Shown: positions 22,161-32,681 of the stretch, piece after piece | Numbering within the stretch: the first letter of the stretch is position 1 | Layout: every line of letters begins with the position of its first letter | Assembly: GCA_963761065.1 (NCBI GenBank) | Contig: CAVXFP010000007.1 | Coordinates: 13,209 to 77,208, forward strand | Direction of reading: 5' to 3' | DNA length: 64,000 bases | Source: an uncultured Alphaproteobacteria bacterium | Lineage (GTDB): Bacteria > Pseudomonadota > Alphaproteobacteria > Caulobacterales > Caulobacteraceae | The notes under the pieces: generated by a model | What the model saw: the letters and a program-made list of their open reading frames with translations, nothing else | Databases searched by the model: none | What the model was told of the DNA's origin: nothing | Translations under genes and position numbers: made by a program

Positions 22161-22634
22161 AGCTCTGTCCGGCATCGACCTCGGGTGGCGACGTGGCGCC
22201 GAGGTCAGGGGAAGAAACCTGGGCTTTCGGACTCTTGCCAAGGGCCCATGGGGAAAAACCGTCCGTGGCGGGCCGCGATCCGTCCCGGATTTGACGCATG
22301 TGTAGTGGTTTTGCGTCGTCGTCCGGGGAGAAGACTCAGTCGATCGGCCGTCCCCGACTGTCGTCCCCGGCCGCAGTCCACAGGTTTCGATTAACCTTTT
22401 CAGCCGGTCCCGCTTGTCCACACAATCCACAGGCCTGTCGCCTGGATGTGGCGTTTTGTGCGATTTCCACGCGCCGACGAGGCCGGACGCCCGGTGGTGG
22501 CCTGGGGTTATCCCCGGTTTGACCGGGTCACTACTGCCTCCTACCAACCTTTAATTCTAGATTTCTTAGAAGGTAGAAAGGACGCTGGCTGCACGCTTGA
22601 GGGCCTCGAGGCCGAGCGGACTTTAAGGAACGCT
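22161..22634. other. putative chromosomal replication origin (Cori-type) and hemE promoter region
   Basis: Non-coding gap between divergent DUF299 and hemE, the position of Cori in Caulobacter crescentus. DnaA-box-like 9-mers: CAGTCCACA 22374-22382, TTGTCCACA 22414-22422, CAATCCACA 22423-22431, TTATCCCCG 22508-22516. GTCCCCG repeats near 22349-22369. AT-rich patch 22545-22580 with TCTAGA and TTAA half-sites. GACTC at 22230 and 22333. Confidence 0.6.
22414..22431 (+). promoter_or_regulatory. two abutting DnaA-box-like 9-mers (TTGTCCACA CAATCCACA)
   Basis: 8/9 and 7/9 matches to TTATCCACA, read directly from the sequence. Confidence 0.5.
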
Positions 22635-23682
22635 ATGACAGACCTCAGCCGGCCCTTGCTTCTCGCGCCCTCGCCAGGGAGCGCCTTGATCGGCCGCCGG
22701 TGTGGTTCATGCGCCAGGCGGGGCGATACCTTGCCGGAATACCGGGCGCTGCGGGCAGAAGGCGCCGGACTTCATCGCCTTCTGCCTGAACCCGCAGATG
22801 GCGGCCGAAGCGACCTTGCAGCCCATGCGCCGGTTCGCGTTGACGCGGCCATCGTGTTCGCCGACATCCTGCTGTTGCCCACGGCGCTGGGCCAGGACGT
22901 CTGGTTTGAGGCCGGCGAGGGGCCAAGGTCGGCGCCCTTGCCGCCAATCGAGACGCTGGCGCGCGGAGGTTGAGGCATCGACCAGGGCGGCTGGCGGCGG
23001 TCGGCGGAGACCCTGAAGCTCGTGCGCGCGGCGCTGGAGCCGGAGCGGGCGCTGATCGGTTTCGCCGGCGCGCCGTGGACGGTGGCGACCTACATGATCG
23101 AGGGCCGCGGCAGTCGCGACCGCGCCAAGGCGCGCGCACCTTCGCCTATCAGAAGACCGACCGAGCTGGACGCGCTGATCGAGTGCTGGTGGAGGCCACG
23201 GTCCAATATCTGGCCATGCAGGCGAGCGGCGGCGCCCAGGCGCTGAAGATGTTCGAAACCTGGGCCGAGAACCTGCCCGAGGACGTGTTCGAGCGGCTGG
23301 TGGTCGGTCCGCACCGGCGCATCGTACGACGGCTGCGTGCAGCTGGGCGTAACGACGCCGGTGATCGGCTTTCCGAGAGGCGCTGCGGCGTCTGGTGGCA
23401 GGTCTATGCCGACGCGCGCCGGGGTGGATTGCGTGGCGCTGGATGTTCAGGCCGCCAGCGCTGGGGCCGGACGCATGCAGAAGACCGCGCCGATCCAGGG
23501 CGCGCTCGATCCGCTGCTGCTGCGCGCGGGCGGACCGGCTTGGACCGGCGGGTCGACGCGCTGCTCGAGGCATGGGGCGGTGGGCCGTACATCTTCAACC
23601 TTGGCCACGGCATGCTGCCGGATACGCCGGTGGCGCAGTGGCGCGGCTGGTCGAGCGGGTGACCAGCTGGACGGGCGGCTGA
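22635..23682 (+). pseudogene. hemE: uroporphyrinogen decarboxylase, many frame changes
   Basis: AAGGAA-N4-[23 protein letters not shown] signature at 22690-22750. [11 protein letters not shown] (ORF 22446..22973), [19 protein letters not shown] (ORF 23022..23246), [11 protein letters not shown] and PYIFNLGHG (ORF 22970..23662). The C-terminus VARLVERV is in ORF 23395..23682. Confidence 0.9.
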
Positions 23683-24738
23683 GTGGCCGACGCAAGCGCC
23701 GCGTCGCGGTGGTGCTGTTCAACCTCGGCGGTCCGGACGGGCCGGCGGCGGTGCGGCCGTTTCTGTTCAACCTGTTCAACGATCCGGCGATCATCGGCCT
23801 GCCCGCGCCTTGCGTCGATCCGCTGGCGGGCTGATCTCGACCCTGCGGGCGACATCGGCGCGGGCCAACTACGCGATCATGGGCGGCGGCTCGCCCTTGC
23901 TGCCGGAAACCGGGCCCAGGCGGCGGCGCTGGAGGCGGCGCTGGCGGCGCAGACGGCCGGCATGAGGCGAAGGTGTTCGTCGCCATGCGCTATTGGCGCC
24001 CGTTCGTCGAGGAGACGGCGCGCGAGGTGGCGGCCTTGGCGCCGGACGAGGTCGTGCTGCTGCCGCTCTATCCGCAGTTCTCCACCACCACGACGGCGTC
24101 GTCGCTGAAGGCCTGGCGGGAGGCCTACGAGGGTCCGGGCGAGGTCCGCGCGGTGTGCTGCTATCCGGCCGAGGCGGGGCTGGTGAAGCCATGCCCGGCG
24201 GATCGAGAGCGGCTGGGCGCAGGCGGGCAACCGGAGGGGCTGCGCCTGTTGTTCTCGGCCCACGGCCTGCCGCAGAAGGTGCGTCGACGGCGGCGATCCC
24301 TATCAGCCTGGCAGGTGGAAGGACCTGCGCGCGGTGGTCGGAGCGGCTGGGCCGGGCTGGGACGACTGGACCGCTGTGCTACCAGAGCCGGGTCGGGCCG
24401 ATGGAGTGGCTGGGCCCACGACCGGCGAGGCAATCGCGGACGCCGGGCGGGGGTCGCAAGGGGGTGCTGGTGACGCCCGATCGCCTTCGTGTCCGAGCAC
24501 ATCGAGACCCTGGTCGAGCTGGACCAGGAATACGCTGAGCTGGCGAAGGCCGCAGGGTGTCCGGTCTATCTGCGCGCGGCGGCGCTGGGTTGCGAGCCGG
24601 CGTTTATCGAGCGGCCTGGCGAAGACGGCGCTGGGCGCGCTCAAGCGTGGCGGAGCGGCGCCGCAGGGCGAGGCTTGCACGGGCGGGCTGGAGCCAATGC
24701 CCGCTGCGCAGGGAGACGGCATGAGGGATGCGGCGTGA
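23683..24738 (+). pseudogene. hemH: ferrochelatase, many frame changes
   Basis: [33 protein letters not shown] (ORF 23337..23834), VFVAMRYWRPFVEET...LLPLYPQFSTTTT...LLFSAHGLPQK (ORF 23973..24473), [14 protein letters not shown] (ORF 24489..25115). The stop is at TGA 24736-24738. Confidence 0.85.
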
Positions 24739-25183
24739 CCTATAACCTGTTGCGCGGACTGCACATCCTGGCGGTGATCGCCTGGATGGCGGGGCTGCTC
24801 TATCTGCCGCGGCTGTTCGCCTATCACACCCGCGCCGAGCGGGGGTCGGAGATGGACGAGACCTTCCAGACCATGGAGCGCAAGCTCTATCGGATCATCA
24901 TGAACCCGGCGATGATCGCGGCCTGGCTGTTCGGGCTCGACGCTGATCTGGGTGGACGGCAAGGCGCGCGGCTGGGGCTTTCTGCTGCAGCCGTGGATGG
25001 TGGCGAAGCTGACCGGCGTGGTGTTTCTGCTCTGGTGGCACCACTTCCTCGGACGGGCGCGCAAGGCCATCGCGGCGGGGACGCAGCACCCGATCCGAGA
25101 AGTTCTGGCGGATGACCAACGAGCTGCCGTTCCTGGCGGCCATCGTCATGGTGCTGGCCGTCACCACCGAGTTCGGGAGCTAG
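24735..25183 (+). pseudogene. hemJ: protoporphyrinogen oxidase HemJ (UPF0093-type membrane protein), 2 or more frame changes
   Basis: GTG 24735: [31 protein letters not shown]...[14 protein letters not shown] (ORF 24489..25115), then [35 protein letters not shown] (ORF 24952..25230). The C-terminus NELPFLAAIVMVLAVTTEFGS plus TAG is at 25181-25183. Confidence 0.8.
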
Positions 25184-25565
25184 GCGGCGGCGCCTTGCGG
25201 GGGTCGGCGCGGGCGCCCACATTCGGCTGAGGCGGGGCGAGACGCTTGACCTGGCGGCGCTTGTGGTTCCCGTCGCCTGACGCAGGTTCCTGCGTTCCCG
25301 CCTTTCACGGAGGCGCGAAGACGCCCCAGCGTCCGCCTCCGCCCCTCACGGTCCATCGACGCCTCCGGCAGCACACCCGGAGTCCGTCACGAGCCCAGGC
25401 TCAAGGTTTATCCAATGCCAGACGAAACCCCCATTCCGTCCGCCGACCGACACCGCGGCTCTTGAAGCCAGCGAGGCCGCGAGCCTCGCCGAAGCGGATG
25501 ACGGCGCCGATGCGGACGGCGAGGACGAGGGTCCCTCCCCGGTCGAGACGCTGGGCCTGCAGCGC

Positions 25566-26822
25566 ATGTCGCTTCAGGAGCTGAAGGACAAGTCCCCCAC
25601 CGACCTGCTGGCCTTCGCCGAGGCGCTCGAGATCGAGAACGCCAACGCCATGCGCAAGCAGGACATGATGTTCGCCATCCTGAAGACCCTCGCGGAGGGC
25701 GGGGTGGAGATCTCGGGCGGCGGTACGCTGGAGGTGCTGCAGGACGGTTTCGGCTTCCTGCGTTCGCCCGAGGCCAACTATCTGCCGGGTCCGGACGACA
25801 TCTATGTCTCCCCCTCGCAGATCCGCCGCTTCGGTCTGCGCACCGGCGACACGGTGGAGGGCGGCGTGCGCGGTCCGCGCGAGGGCGAGCGCTATTTCGC
25901 CCTGGTCACCGTCTCCCAGGTGAACTTCGAGGACCCCGAGGCGGTGCGCCACAAGGTCCACTTCGACAATCTGACGCCGCTTTATCCGGAAGAGCGGCTG
26001 AACATGGAGATCGACGATCCGACCCTGAAGGACCGTTCGGGCCGGGTGATCGACATCGTCTCTCCGCTGGGCAAGGGCCAGCGCTGCCTGATCGTCGCCC
26101 CGCCGCGGGTCGGCAAGACGATCATGATGCAGAACATCGCCAAGGCGATCGCGGCCAATCACCCCGAATGCTACCTGATCGTGCTGCTGGTCGACGAACG
26201 GCCCGAAGAAGTCACCGACATGCAGCGCACGGTGAAGGGCGAGGTGATCTCCTCCACCTTCGACGAGCCGGCCACGCGCCACGTGCAGGTGGCCGAAATG
26301 GTGATCGAAAAGGCCAAGCGCCTGGTCGAGCACAAGCGCGACGTGGTGATCCTGCTGGACAACATCACGCGCCTGGGCCGCGCCTACAACACCGTGGTGC
26401 CGTCCTCGGGCAAGGTGCTGACCGGCGGCGTGGACGCCAATGCCCTGCAGCGCCCCAAGCGCTTCTTCGGCGCGGCGCGGAACATCGAGGAAGGCGGCTC
26501 GCTGACCATCATCTCCACCTCGCTGATCGACACCGGCAGCCGGATGGACGAGGTGATCTTCGAAGAGTTCAAGGGCACCGGTAACTCGGAAATCGTTCTG
26601 GACCGCAAGGTCGCGGACAAGCGCATCTATCCGGCCATCGACATCCTGAAGTCCGGCACCCGCAAGGACGAGCTGATCACGCCCAAGGATCAGCTGCAGA
26701 AGACCCACGTCCTGCGCCGCATCCTGGCCCCCATGGGCGCCCAGGACGCCATCGAGTTCTTGCTCGAGAAGCTGCGTCAGACCAAGAACAACGCCGAGTT
26801 CTTCCAGTCGATGAACACCTGA
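25566..26822 (+). CDS. rho: transcription termination factor Rho (core intact; possible N-terminal extension from ATG 25415)
   Basis: Intact 418-aa ORF. The RNA-binding N-domain ([22 protein letters not shown]), Walker A (PPRVGKT) and [10 protein letters not shown] are present. The frame stays open upstream through an acidic stretch. Confidence 0.95.
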   Translation: MSLQELKDKSPTDLLAFAEALEIENANAMRKQDMMFAILKTLAEGGVEISGGGTLEVLQDGFGFLRSPEANYLPGPDDIYVSPSQIRRFGLRTGDTVEGGVRGPREGERYFALVTVSQVNFEDPEAVRHKVHFDNLTPLYPEERLNMEIDDPTLKDRSGRVIDIVSPLGKGQRCLIVAPPRVGKTIMMQNIAKAIAANHPECYLIVLLVDERPEEVTDMQRTVKGEVISSTFDEPATRHVQVAEMVIEKAKRLVEHKRDVVILLDNITRLGRAYNTVVPSSGKVLTGGVDANALQRPKRFFGAARNIEEGGSLTIISTSLIDTGSRMDEVIFEEFKGTGNSEIVLDRKVADKRIYPAIDILKSGTRKDELITPKDQLQKTHVLRRILAPMGAQDAIEFLLEKLRQTKNNAEFFQSMNT

Positions 26823-26862
26823 TCCGGGGTGCTGTCCCCGATCGCCAGGGGAGGGTCCGCCG

Positions 26863-27495
26863 ATGATCAAGATCTATCACGTTCCGAATTCGCGCTCGCT
26901 GCGCGTGGTCTGGCTCATGGAGGAGCTGGGCGAGGCCTATGAGGTGGAGCGCGTGGCGTTTCCGCCTGACGCCGCCTTTCGCGCCGTCAACCCCACGGGG
27001 TCGATCCCGGCCATCGTGGACGGCGACATCGTCATGGGCGAGTCGCTCGCCATCCTGCAATACCTGACCGGGCGACGGTTGCAGCAGTCGATGGAGATGA
27101 AGATCACCGTGGGGCCGAACCCCGATCCGGCGGCCTATGCCGAGCACCTGCAGTTCCTGCACCTGGGCGAGGCGTCGCTGATGATGCCGTTGGACGATTC
27201 TGTACAGAACCCACCGCATGGCGCCGGAGGGCGAGAAGCCTCGAAGTTCACGACCGAGCTTGCGAGTAGATGTTCGAACGGCCGCCTGGGCGTGATCGAG
27301 ACCGATTGGCGGACGGGCGGACCTAGTTGACCGGCGAGGCCTTCACGATCGCGGACATCTCGGTGGGCTATGCCTTGGGCTTTGCCGATGCGTTGGATGG
27401 CTCGCCCGGCTGTTCACGCTCGCAGGTGTCGGCCTATCTGGATCGCGGCTGCGCGCCCGGCCGGCCTATCAGCGCGCCCTGGCGGAATCAGTGAG
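26863..27495 (+). pseudogene. glutathione S-transferase family protein, frame change(s) in the C-terminal half; 3' end uncertain
   Basis: MIKIYHVPNSRSLRVVWLMEELGEAYEVERV...GSIPAIVDGDIVMGESLAILQYL (GST N-domain) lies in ORF 26863..27330. LTGEAFTIADISVGYAL and RPAYQRAL follow in other frames. Confidence 0.75.
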
Positions 27496-27553
27496 CCCGC
27501 GTCAACCGCTATCTTGTGCTCGGCGGCGGGCGTGGATCAGCCCGATCGAACGC

Positions 27554-28289
27554 TCAATCAATATGATCAATATGTATCAATATAAGACCCTCAGGCCGAG
27601 GTGATGTCTTGAAGAACGCCGCGGTGCGTTCGTTGGCCAGGGCCGCGTCGGCGGCGTCGAAGTTGGCGCCGCCGGGCCGGGCGAAGGCGTGATCGCGGCC
27701 CGGATAGCTGTGCAGGGTGACGCAGGGGTGGTCCTTCAGCCCGGCGATGATCCGCGCCTGGGCTTCCGGAGGCACGAAGCCGTCTTCCTCGGCGATGTGC
27801 AGCATCAACGGGATGATGCAGGCGCTCGGCCTCGGCCAGATAGGTCTCGATGCCGACGCCGTAATAGCCCACCGAGGCGTCGCACTCGGTGCGGGTGGCG
27901 GTGAGGTAGGCCAGCCGTCCGCCCAGGCAGTAGCCGACGCAGCCGACCTTGCCGTCGCAGGCCGAGTAGGCGCGCAGACCGTCGATGACGCCGCGAATAT
28001 CCTCCACGCCCTGGTCCACGTCGAAGCGGCCCATGAGGTCCAAGGCCTTGTCCCACTCCGCCTGGGACTGGTCGGTGATGTCCACACCGGGCTCCAGCCG
28101 CCAGAACAGGTCGGGGCAGACGGCCAGATAGCCGAGGCGCGCCAGGTGGTCGCATACCTCGCGCATGGTCGCGTTGACGCCGAAAATCTCCTGGATCACC
28201 ACCACGGCGGGGGCCTGGGCCGCCGCCGGCCTCGCCACATAGGCGGAGAACGACCCGTCTGGGGTGGTGAACGCCATGGATTCGCTCAT
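27554..28289 (-). pseudogene. dienelactone hydrolase family protein, one frame change near 27850; 3' end uncertain
   Basis: GGAGGG-N8-ATG. MSESMAFTTPDGSFSAYVARP...[11 protein letters not shown]...GCVGYCLGG (nucleophile elbow) lies in ORF 27591..28400(-). [14 protein letters not shown]...[12 protein letters not shown] lies in ORF 27554..28087(-). Confidence 0.8.
27557..27584. repeat. three tandem copies of an AT-rich 9-10 bp unit (ATCAATATG ATCAATATG T ATCAATATA)
   Basis: Read directly from the sequence at the convergent ends of the GST and dienelactone hydrolase genes. It is the most AT-rich spot in this part of the window. Confidence 0.8.
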
Positions 28290-28371
28290 CGGATCGCTTC
28301 CCTCCACGTGTTCCAAGGCGTTACTAGCCACGGGCGGGACCAAAAGGCAAAGCGCCGAGGGCGAGGCTGAC

Positions 28372-28617
28372 ATGAAGGTGAAGATCGAGATCGACTGCAC
28401 CCCTCAGGAGGCGAGGACCTTCCTCGGCCAGCCGGACGTGGAGGCGCTGAACGACTGGATGGTCGAGCAGATGAAGGCGCGCATGGCCGAGGGGATGGAG
28501 CGGATGCGTCCCGAGGAGCTGATGAAGGACTGGATGGCCTTCGGCGGCCAGGCGGCGGACCAGTTCCGCAAGTTCATGGGCGCGGCGGCCGCGTCTGCAC
28601 AGCCGCCCAAGAAATGA
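28372..28617 (+). CDS. small conserved hypothetical protein (possibly DUF6489-type)
   Basis: 81-aa MKVKIEIDCTPQEARTFLGQPDVEALNDWMVEQMK... inside ORF 28264..28617. It lies directly upstream of mnmE. Confidence 0.55.
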   Translation: MKVKIEIDCTPQEARTFLGQPDVEALNDWMVEQMKARMAEGMERMRPEELMKDWMAFGGQAADQFRKFMGAAAASAQPPKK

Positions 28618-28656
28618 CCGGCGGCGTCAGAGTGGGCGAAGGATGATCCGGCGGCG

Positions 28657-30012
28657 ATGAAGGACACCATATTCGCCCTGGCCACCGCGCCTGGCCGGGC
28701 GGCGGTGGCGGTGGTGCGCCTGTCCGGACCCAAGGCCGGCGAGGCGTTGGCGGCCCTGGCCGGGCGGAACGCCTCCGTCGCGCGAGGCCAGGCTGCGCCG
28801 GCTGACGGCGCCGGACGGGACGACGATCGACCGGGCGCTGGTGCTGTGGCTGCCCGGCCCGGCCAGCTACACCGGCGAAGACAGCGCCGAGCTGCACCTG
28901 CACGGCGGCCAGGCGGTGGTGGAGGCGGCGCTCGCCGCCCTGGCCGCTCTCGGCTTGCGCGCCGGCGGAGCCCGGCGAGTTCACCCGCCGCGCCTTCGAA
29001 AACGGTCGGCTGGACCTGGCCCAGGCCGAGGCGGTGGCCGACCTGGTGGACGCCGAGACCGAGGCCCAGCGCCGCCAGGCCTTGGAGCAGCTCGGCGGCG
29101 CGCTCGGCCGCAGGCACGAGGCCTGGCGCGCGGAGCTGATGGAGGCCCTCGGCGTGCTGGAGGCCGCAATCGACTTTCCTGACGAGGACCTGCCGGCGGA
29201 CGTGGCCTCGCGCGCCCGCCCGCCGCTGGAGCGTCTGGCGACGGCGTTGGACGGCGGCGCTGGCGGACGCGGTCCGGGGCGAGCGGGTGCGCGACGGGTT
29301 TGCGCATCGCCCTGATCGGCGCGCCGAACGCCGGCAAGAGCCGCCTGTTCAACGCCTTGCTCGGCCGCGACGCCGCGATCGTGACCGCCACGCCGGGACC
29401 ACGCGCGACGTGATCGAGGCGCCGCTTGTGCTCGGCGGCTTCAAGGTGCGTGCTGGCGGACATGGCCGGTCTGCGCGACGCGTCGGCGTCCATCGAGGCC
29501 GAGGGCGTGCGCCGCGCCCGGGCCTGGGCGGACGGCGCGGACCTGCGGCTGTGGGTGGTGGACGCGGTCGGGCCGGTCGGGCGCCTGGCGCGAGGCGGCC
29601 GATCTGGCGCGGGCCGGGCGACATCCTGGTGCTGAACAAGGCCGATCGGCCGCGCGGGCAACGACCGGGACGCGGCCGTGGACGCGCCGTCGCCCTGGGT
29701 CTGGAGGCGCTGGAGGTCTCGGCCCTGACGGGCGACGGGGTTGAGCAGCCTCTCGCGAGCCTCGCCGCGCGGGCGGCGGTAGGCGCGCCTAGGGCAGCGA
29801 GTTCCCCGCCGCCACCAACGCGCCGCCATCGCGCCCTGCTGGCGGAGGCGCGGGATCACGTCGGCCGCGCGCTCGCGGTGCTGGACGACGGCGCCGAACT
29901 GGCGGCGGAGGACGTGCGGCTGGCGGCCCGGGCGCTGGCGCGGGTCACGGGCCGGATCGACCCGGAGGACGTGCTGGGCCGGATCTTCGCGAGCTTCTGC
30001 ATCGGCAAGTGA
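28657..30012 (+). pseudogene. mnmE: tRNA modification GTPase MnmE, many frame changes
   Basis: [24 protein letters not shown] (ORF 28657..29139), [22 protein letters not shown] (ORF 28841..29182), [16 protein letters not shown] (ORF 29034..29315). [15 protein letters not shown] and the C-terminal FCIGK lie in ORF 29287..30012. Confidence 0.9.
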
Positions 30013-30039
30013 CCGGCACGGACGGCCGCGGTTAGGGAA

Positions 30040-30055
30040 TGTTTCACGTGAAACA
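30040..30055. promoter_or_regulatory. parS centromere site, perfect palindrome TGTTTCACGTGAAACA
   Basis: Exact match to the canonical chromosomal parS consensus. It lies in the mnmE-mnmG intergenic region, ~3.4 kb upstream of parB. Confidence 0.85.
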
Positions 30056-30109
30056 TTGGTGCGGCCGTCGCCGTGAATTCGCCGCGCCGATGCGCTATAG
30101 CCCCGCGCC

Positions 30110-31994
30110 ATGAGCTCCTGGGACGTCATCGTCATCGGCGGCGGGCACGCCGGCTGCGAAGCCGCGCGCGGCGGCCGCGCGTTTCGGCGCGCGCACCCTG
30201 CTGCTCACCCACAAGGTCGACGACCATCGGCGAGATGTCCTGCAACCCGGCCATCGGCGGCCTCGGCAAGGGCCATCTGGTGCGCGAGATCGACGCCCTC
30301 GACGGCCTGATGGGCCGGCATGGCCGACGCGCGCGGGCATTCAGTTCCGTCTGCTCAACCGCTCCAAGGGCCCGGCGGTGCGCGGCCCGCGCGCACAGAT
30401 CGACCGCAGGCTCTATCGCGCAGGCGATGCAGGCCGAGCCCTGGCCGAACAGCCGAATCTCGACGATCGTCGCCGACGGCGGTGGAGGATCTGCTGGTCG
30501 AGGACGGCCAGCGTCGCCGGGCGCTGTCGGCGCCGCGGGCGCAGATCTACCGCGCCGGCGCGGTGGTGCTGACCACCGGCACCTTCCTGAAGGGCGTGAT
30601 CCATCGCGGCGAAGAACGGATCCCCGCGGGCCGGGTCGGCGAAGCGCCGGCCATCGGCCTCGCCGACCGGCTCTATGGCCTGGGCCTGGCCATGGGCCGG
30701 CTGAAGACCGGCACGCCCGCCACGGCTGGATGGCGTCACCATCGCCTGGGAGCGGCTGGAAATGCAGCCGGGCGACGCGGATCCCGTCCCCTTCTCCTTC
30801 CTGACCGAGCGGATCACCACGCCGCAGGTCGCCTGCGGCGTCACCTACACCACCGAAGCGACCCACCGGATCATCGCCGAACGGCTGTCGGAATCGGCGG
30901 TCTATGGCGGCGCGCGACTCGGGCCGCGGGCCGCGCTATTGCCCCTCCATCGAGGACAAGGTGGTGCGCTTCGCCGACCGGACCAGCCACCAGATCTTCC
31001 TGGAGCCGGAGGGCCTGGACGACGACACCGTCTATCCCAACGGCGTGTCGACCTCGGTGTCCGAAGCCGACCCAGGACGCCTTCCTGCGCACCATCCCGG
31101 GCCTGGAGGCGGCGCGGGTGCGCCGCTACGGCTACGCCATCGAATACGACTACGTCGATCCGCGCGAGCTCTATCCGACGCTGGAGACCAAGCGCTGCCG
31201 GGCCTCTATCTCGCCGGCCAGATCAACGGCACCACCGGCTACGAGGAGGCCGGCCGCCCAGGGCCTGGTCGCCGGGCTCAACGCGGCGCGCGCGGCGTCG
31301 GGCGCCGAACGGCGCGGTGTTCGGCCGCGACGAGGCCTATATCGGCGTGATGATCGACGACCTGGTGACCCGCGGCGTGACCGAGCCCTATCGCATGTTC
31401 ACCAGCCGGGCGGAGTTCCGCCTCAGCCTGCGCGCCGACAACGCCGATCAGCGCCTGACGCGCCCGGGGCGTGGCGCTCGGCTGCGTCGGCGCCGGAGCG
31501 CGCCGCGGTGCTTTCGCGTGAAAGGCTCGGCGCTCGACGACGGCCCGCCAGGCAGGCCGCGGCCTGGCCCTGACGCCCGGCGCAGGCGCGGCCGCGCGGG
31601 CTTGCGGGTCAACCGCCGACGGCCAACGGCGCGACCTGATTGCAGCTTCTGGCCTATCCGGACATCGGCTTCGACGATCTGGCCGCGCGTTTGGCCCGCA
31701 GATCTCGCGCCTGGCCGGCCGCCGTGCGCGAGCAGATCGAGATCGACGCCGCCTACGCCGGTTATCTCGACCGCCAGGCCGCCGACGTGGCCGCCTTCCG
31801 CCGCGACGAAGGTCTGCAGCCTGCCCGCCGACCTCGACTATGGCGCGGTCGGCGGCCTTTCCAACGAGGCGCGCGAGAAGCTCGCCGCCGCGCGGCCCCT
31901 GACCCTTGGCCAGGCCGGCCGCATCGAGGGCGTCACGCCCGGCGCGCTGACCGCCCTGCTGGCCCAGTGTCGGCGCGCGGCGAAGGCCGCATGA
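30110..31994 (+). pseudogene. mnmG: tRNA uridine 5-carboxymethylaminomethyl modification enzyme MnmG (GidA), many frame changes
   Basis: [19 protein letters not shown] (ORF 30110..30310). [23 protein letters not shown] is in a neighbouring frame. [21 protein letters not shown] (ORF 30904..31350), [19 protein letters not shown]. The C-terminus [11 protein letters not shown]...[19 protein letters not shown] is in ORF 30762..31994. Confidence 0.9.
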
Positions 31995-32668
31995 GCGCCT
32001 GTCCGGCCACCGAACTCGCGCTCCGGCCGCGACGAGCTCCCGCCGTCACGGACGCCGCGAGCTTCGCCGGCGTCACGGCGCGACGCGCCGCGCAGATGGC
32101 CGATCTGGAGGCGTTCCGGGCACTGCTGAGCGAATGGAACGAGCGGATGAACCTCGTCGGCCCCTCCGCGCTGCGCGGAGTTCTGGGCCCGCCACGCCTA
32201 TGACAGCGCCCAGCTGCTGGAGCTCGCGCCCGGACGCCCTGACCTGGGCGGACCTGGGCGCCGGGCGCGGGCTTTCCGGGGATCGTGCTGGCGATCCTGC
32301 TCAAGGGCCGGCCCGGGCGCGCGGGTGCATCTGGTGGAAAGCCTCGCCAAGCGCTGCCGGTTCCTGCGAGGCGGTGGTCGAGGCGCTGGACCTGCCCGCC
32401 GCAGGTGCATAACGCCCGCGCGGAGAGCCTGAAGCTGACGGTGGATATCGTCGCCGCGCGGGCTTGCGCGCCGCTCGACGCGCCTGCTCGAATTCGCCAA
32501 GCCCTACCTGGACCGGGGCGCGGTCGGCCTGTTCCTGAAGGGCCGAGGCGTCGAGGCGGAAGTGCGCGAGGCGCTGCATCCTGGACGTTCGAGGCGACCT
32601 TGGCCCAGCCGATCCGACCCGTCCGGGCGGATCGTCATCATCCGGAGGGCCGACCTGTCCAGCGCTGA
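31991..32668 (+). pseudogene. rsmG: 16S rRNA (guanine527-N7)-methyltransferase RsmG (GidB), several frame changes
   Basis: The ATG overlaps the mnmG stop (ATGA). [17 protein letters not shown] (ORF 31640..32203), [18 protein letters not shown] (ORF 32134..32412), GIVLAILLKG and VDIVAARA (ORF 32285..32668). Confidence 0.75.
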
Positions 32669-32681
32669 GGCGGGCCTTCGG

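Noticed and set aside
22551-22565. CtrA box (TTAA-N7-TTAA) in the putative origin.
   Set aside because: The sequence is TTAA-TTCTAGA-TTTC, so only the first half-site matches. The other TTAA occurrences (22391, 22623) also lack a partner. No full site can be claimed.
27330-27598. A possible separate small gene or toxin-like ORF in the GST 3' region running into the AT-rich repeat.
   Set aside because: The frames there carry recognisable GST C-terminal motifs (TIADISVGYAL, RPAYQRAL) interrupted by frame changes. The remaining tail is most simply read-through caused by an indel.
31511-31526. Second parS-like sequence GCTTTCGCGTGAAAGG inside mnmG.
   Set aside because: It matches only about 11 of 16 positions of the consensus, and the central ACGT core is altered. 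This is too degenerate to call without ParB binding data.
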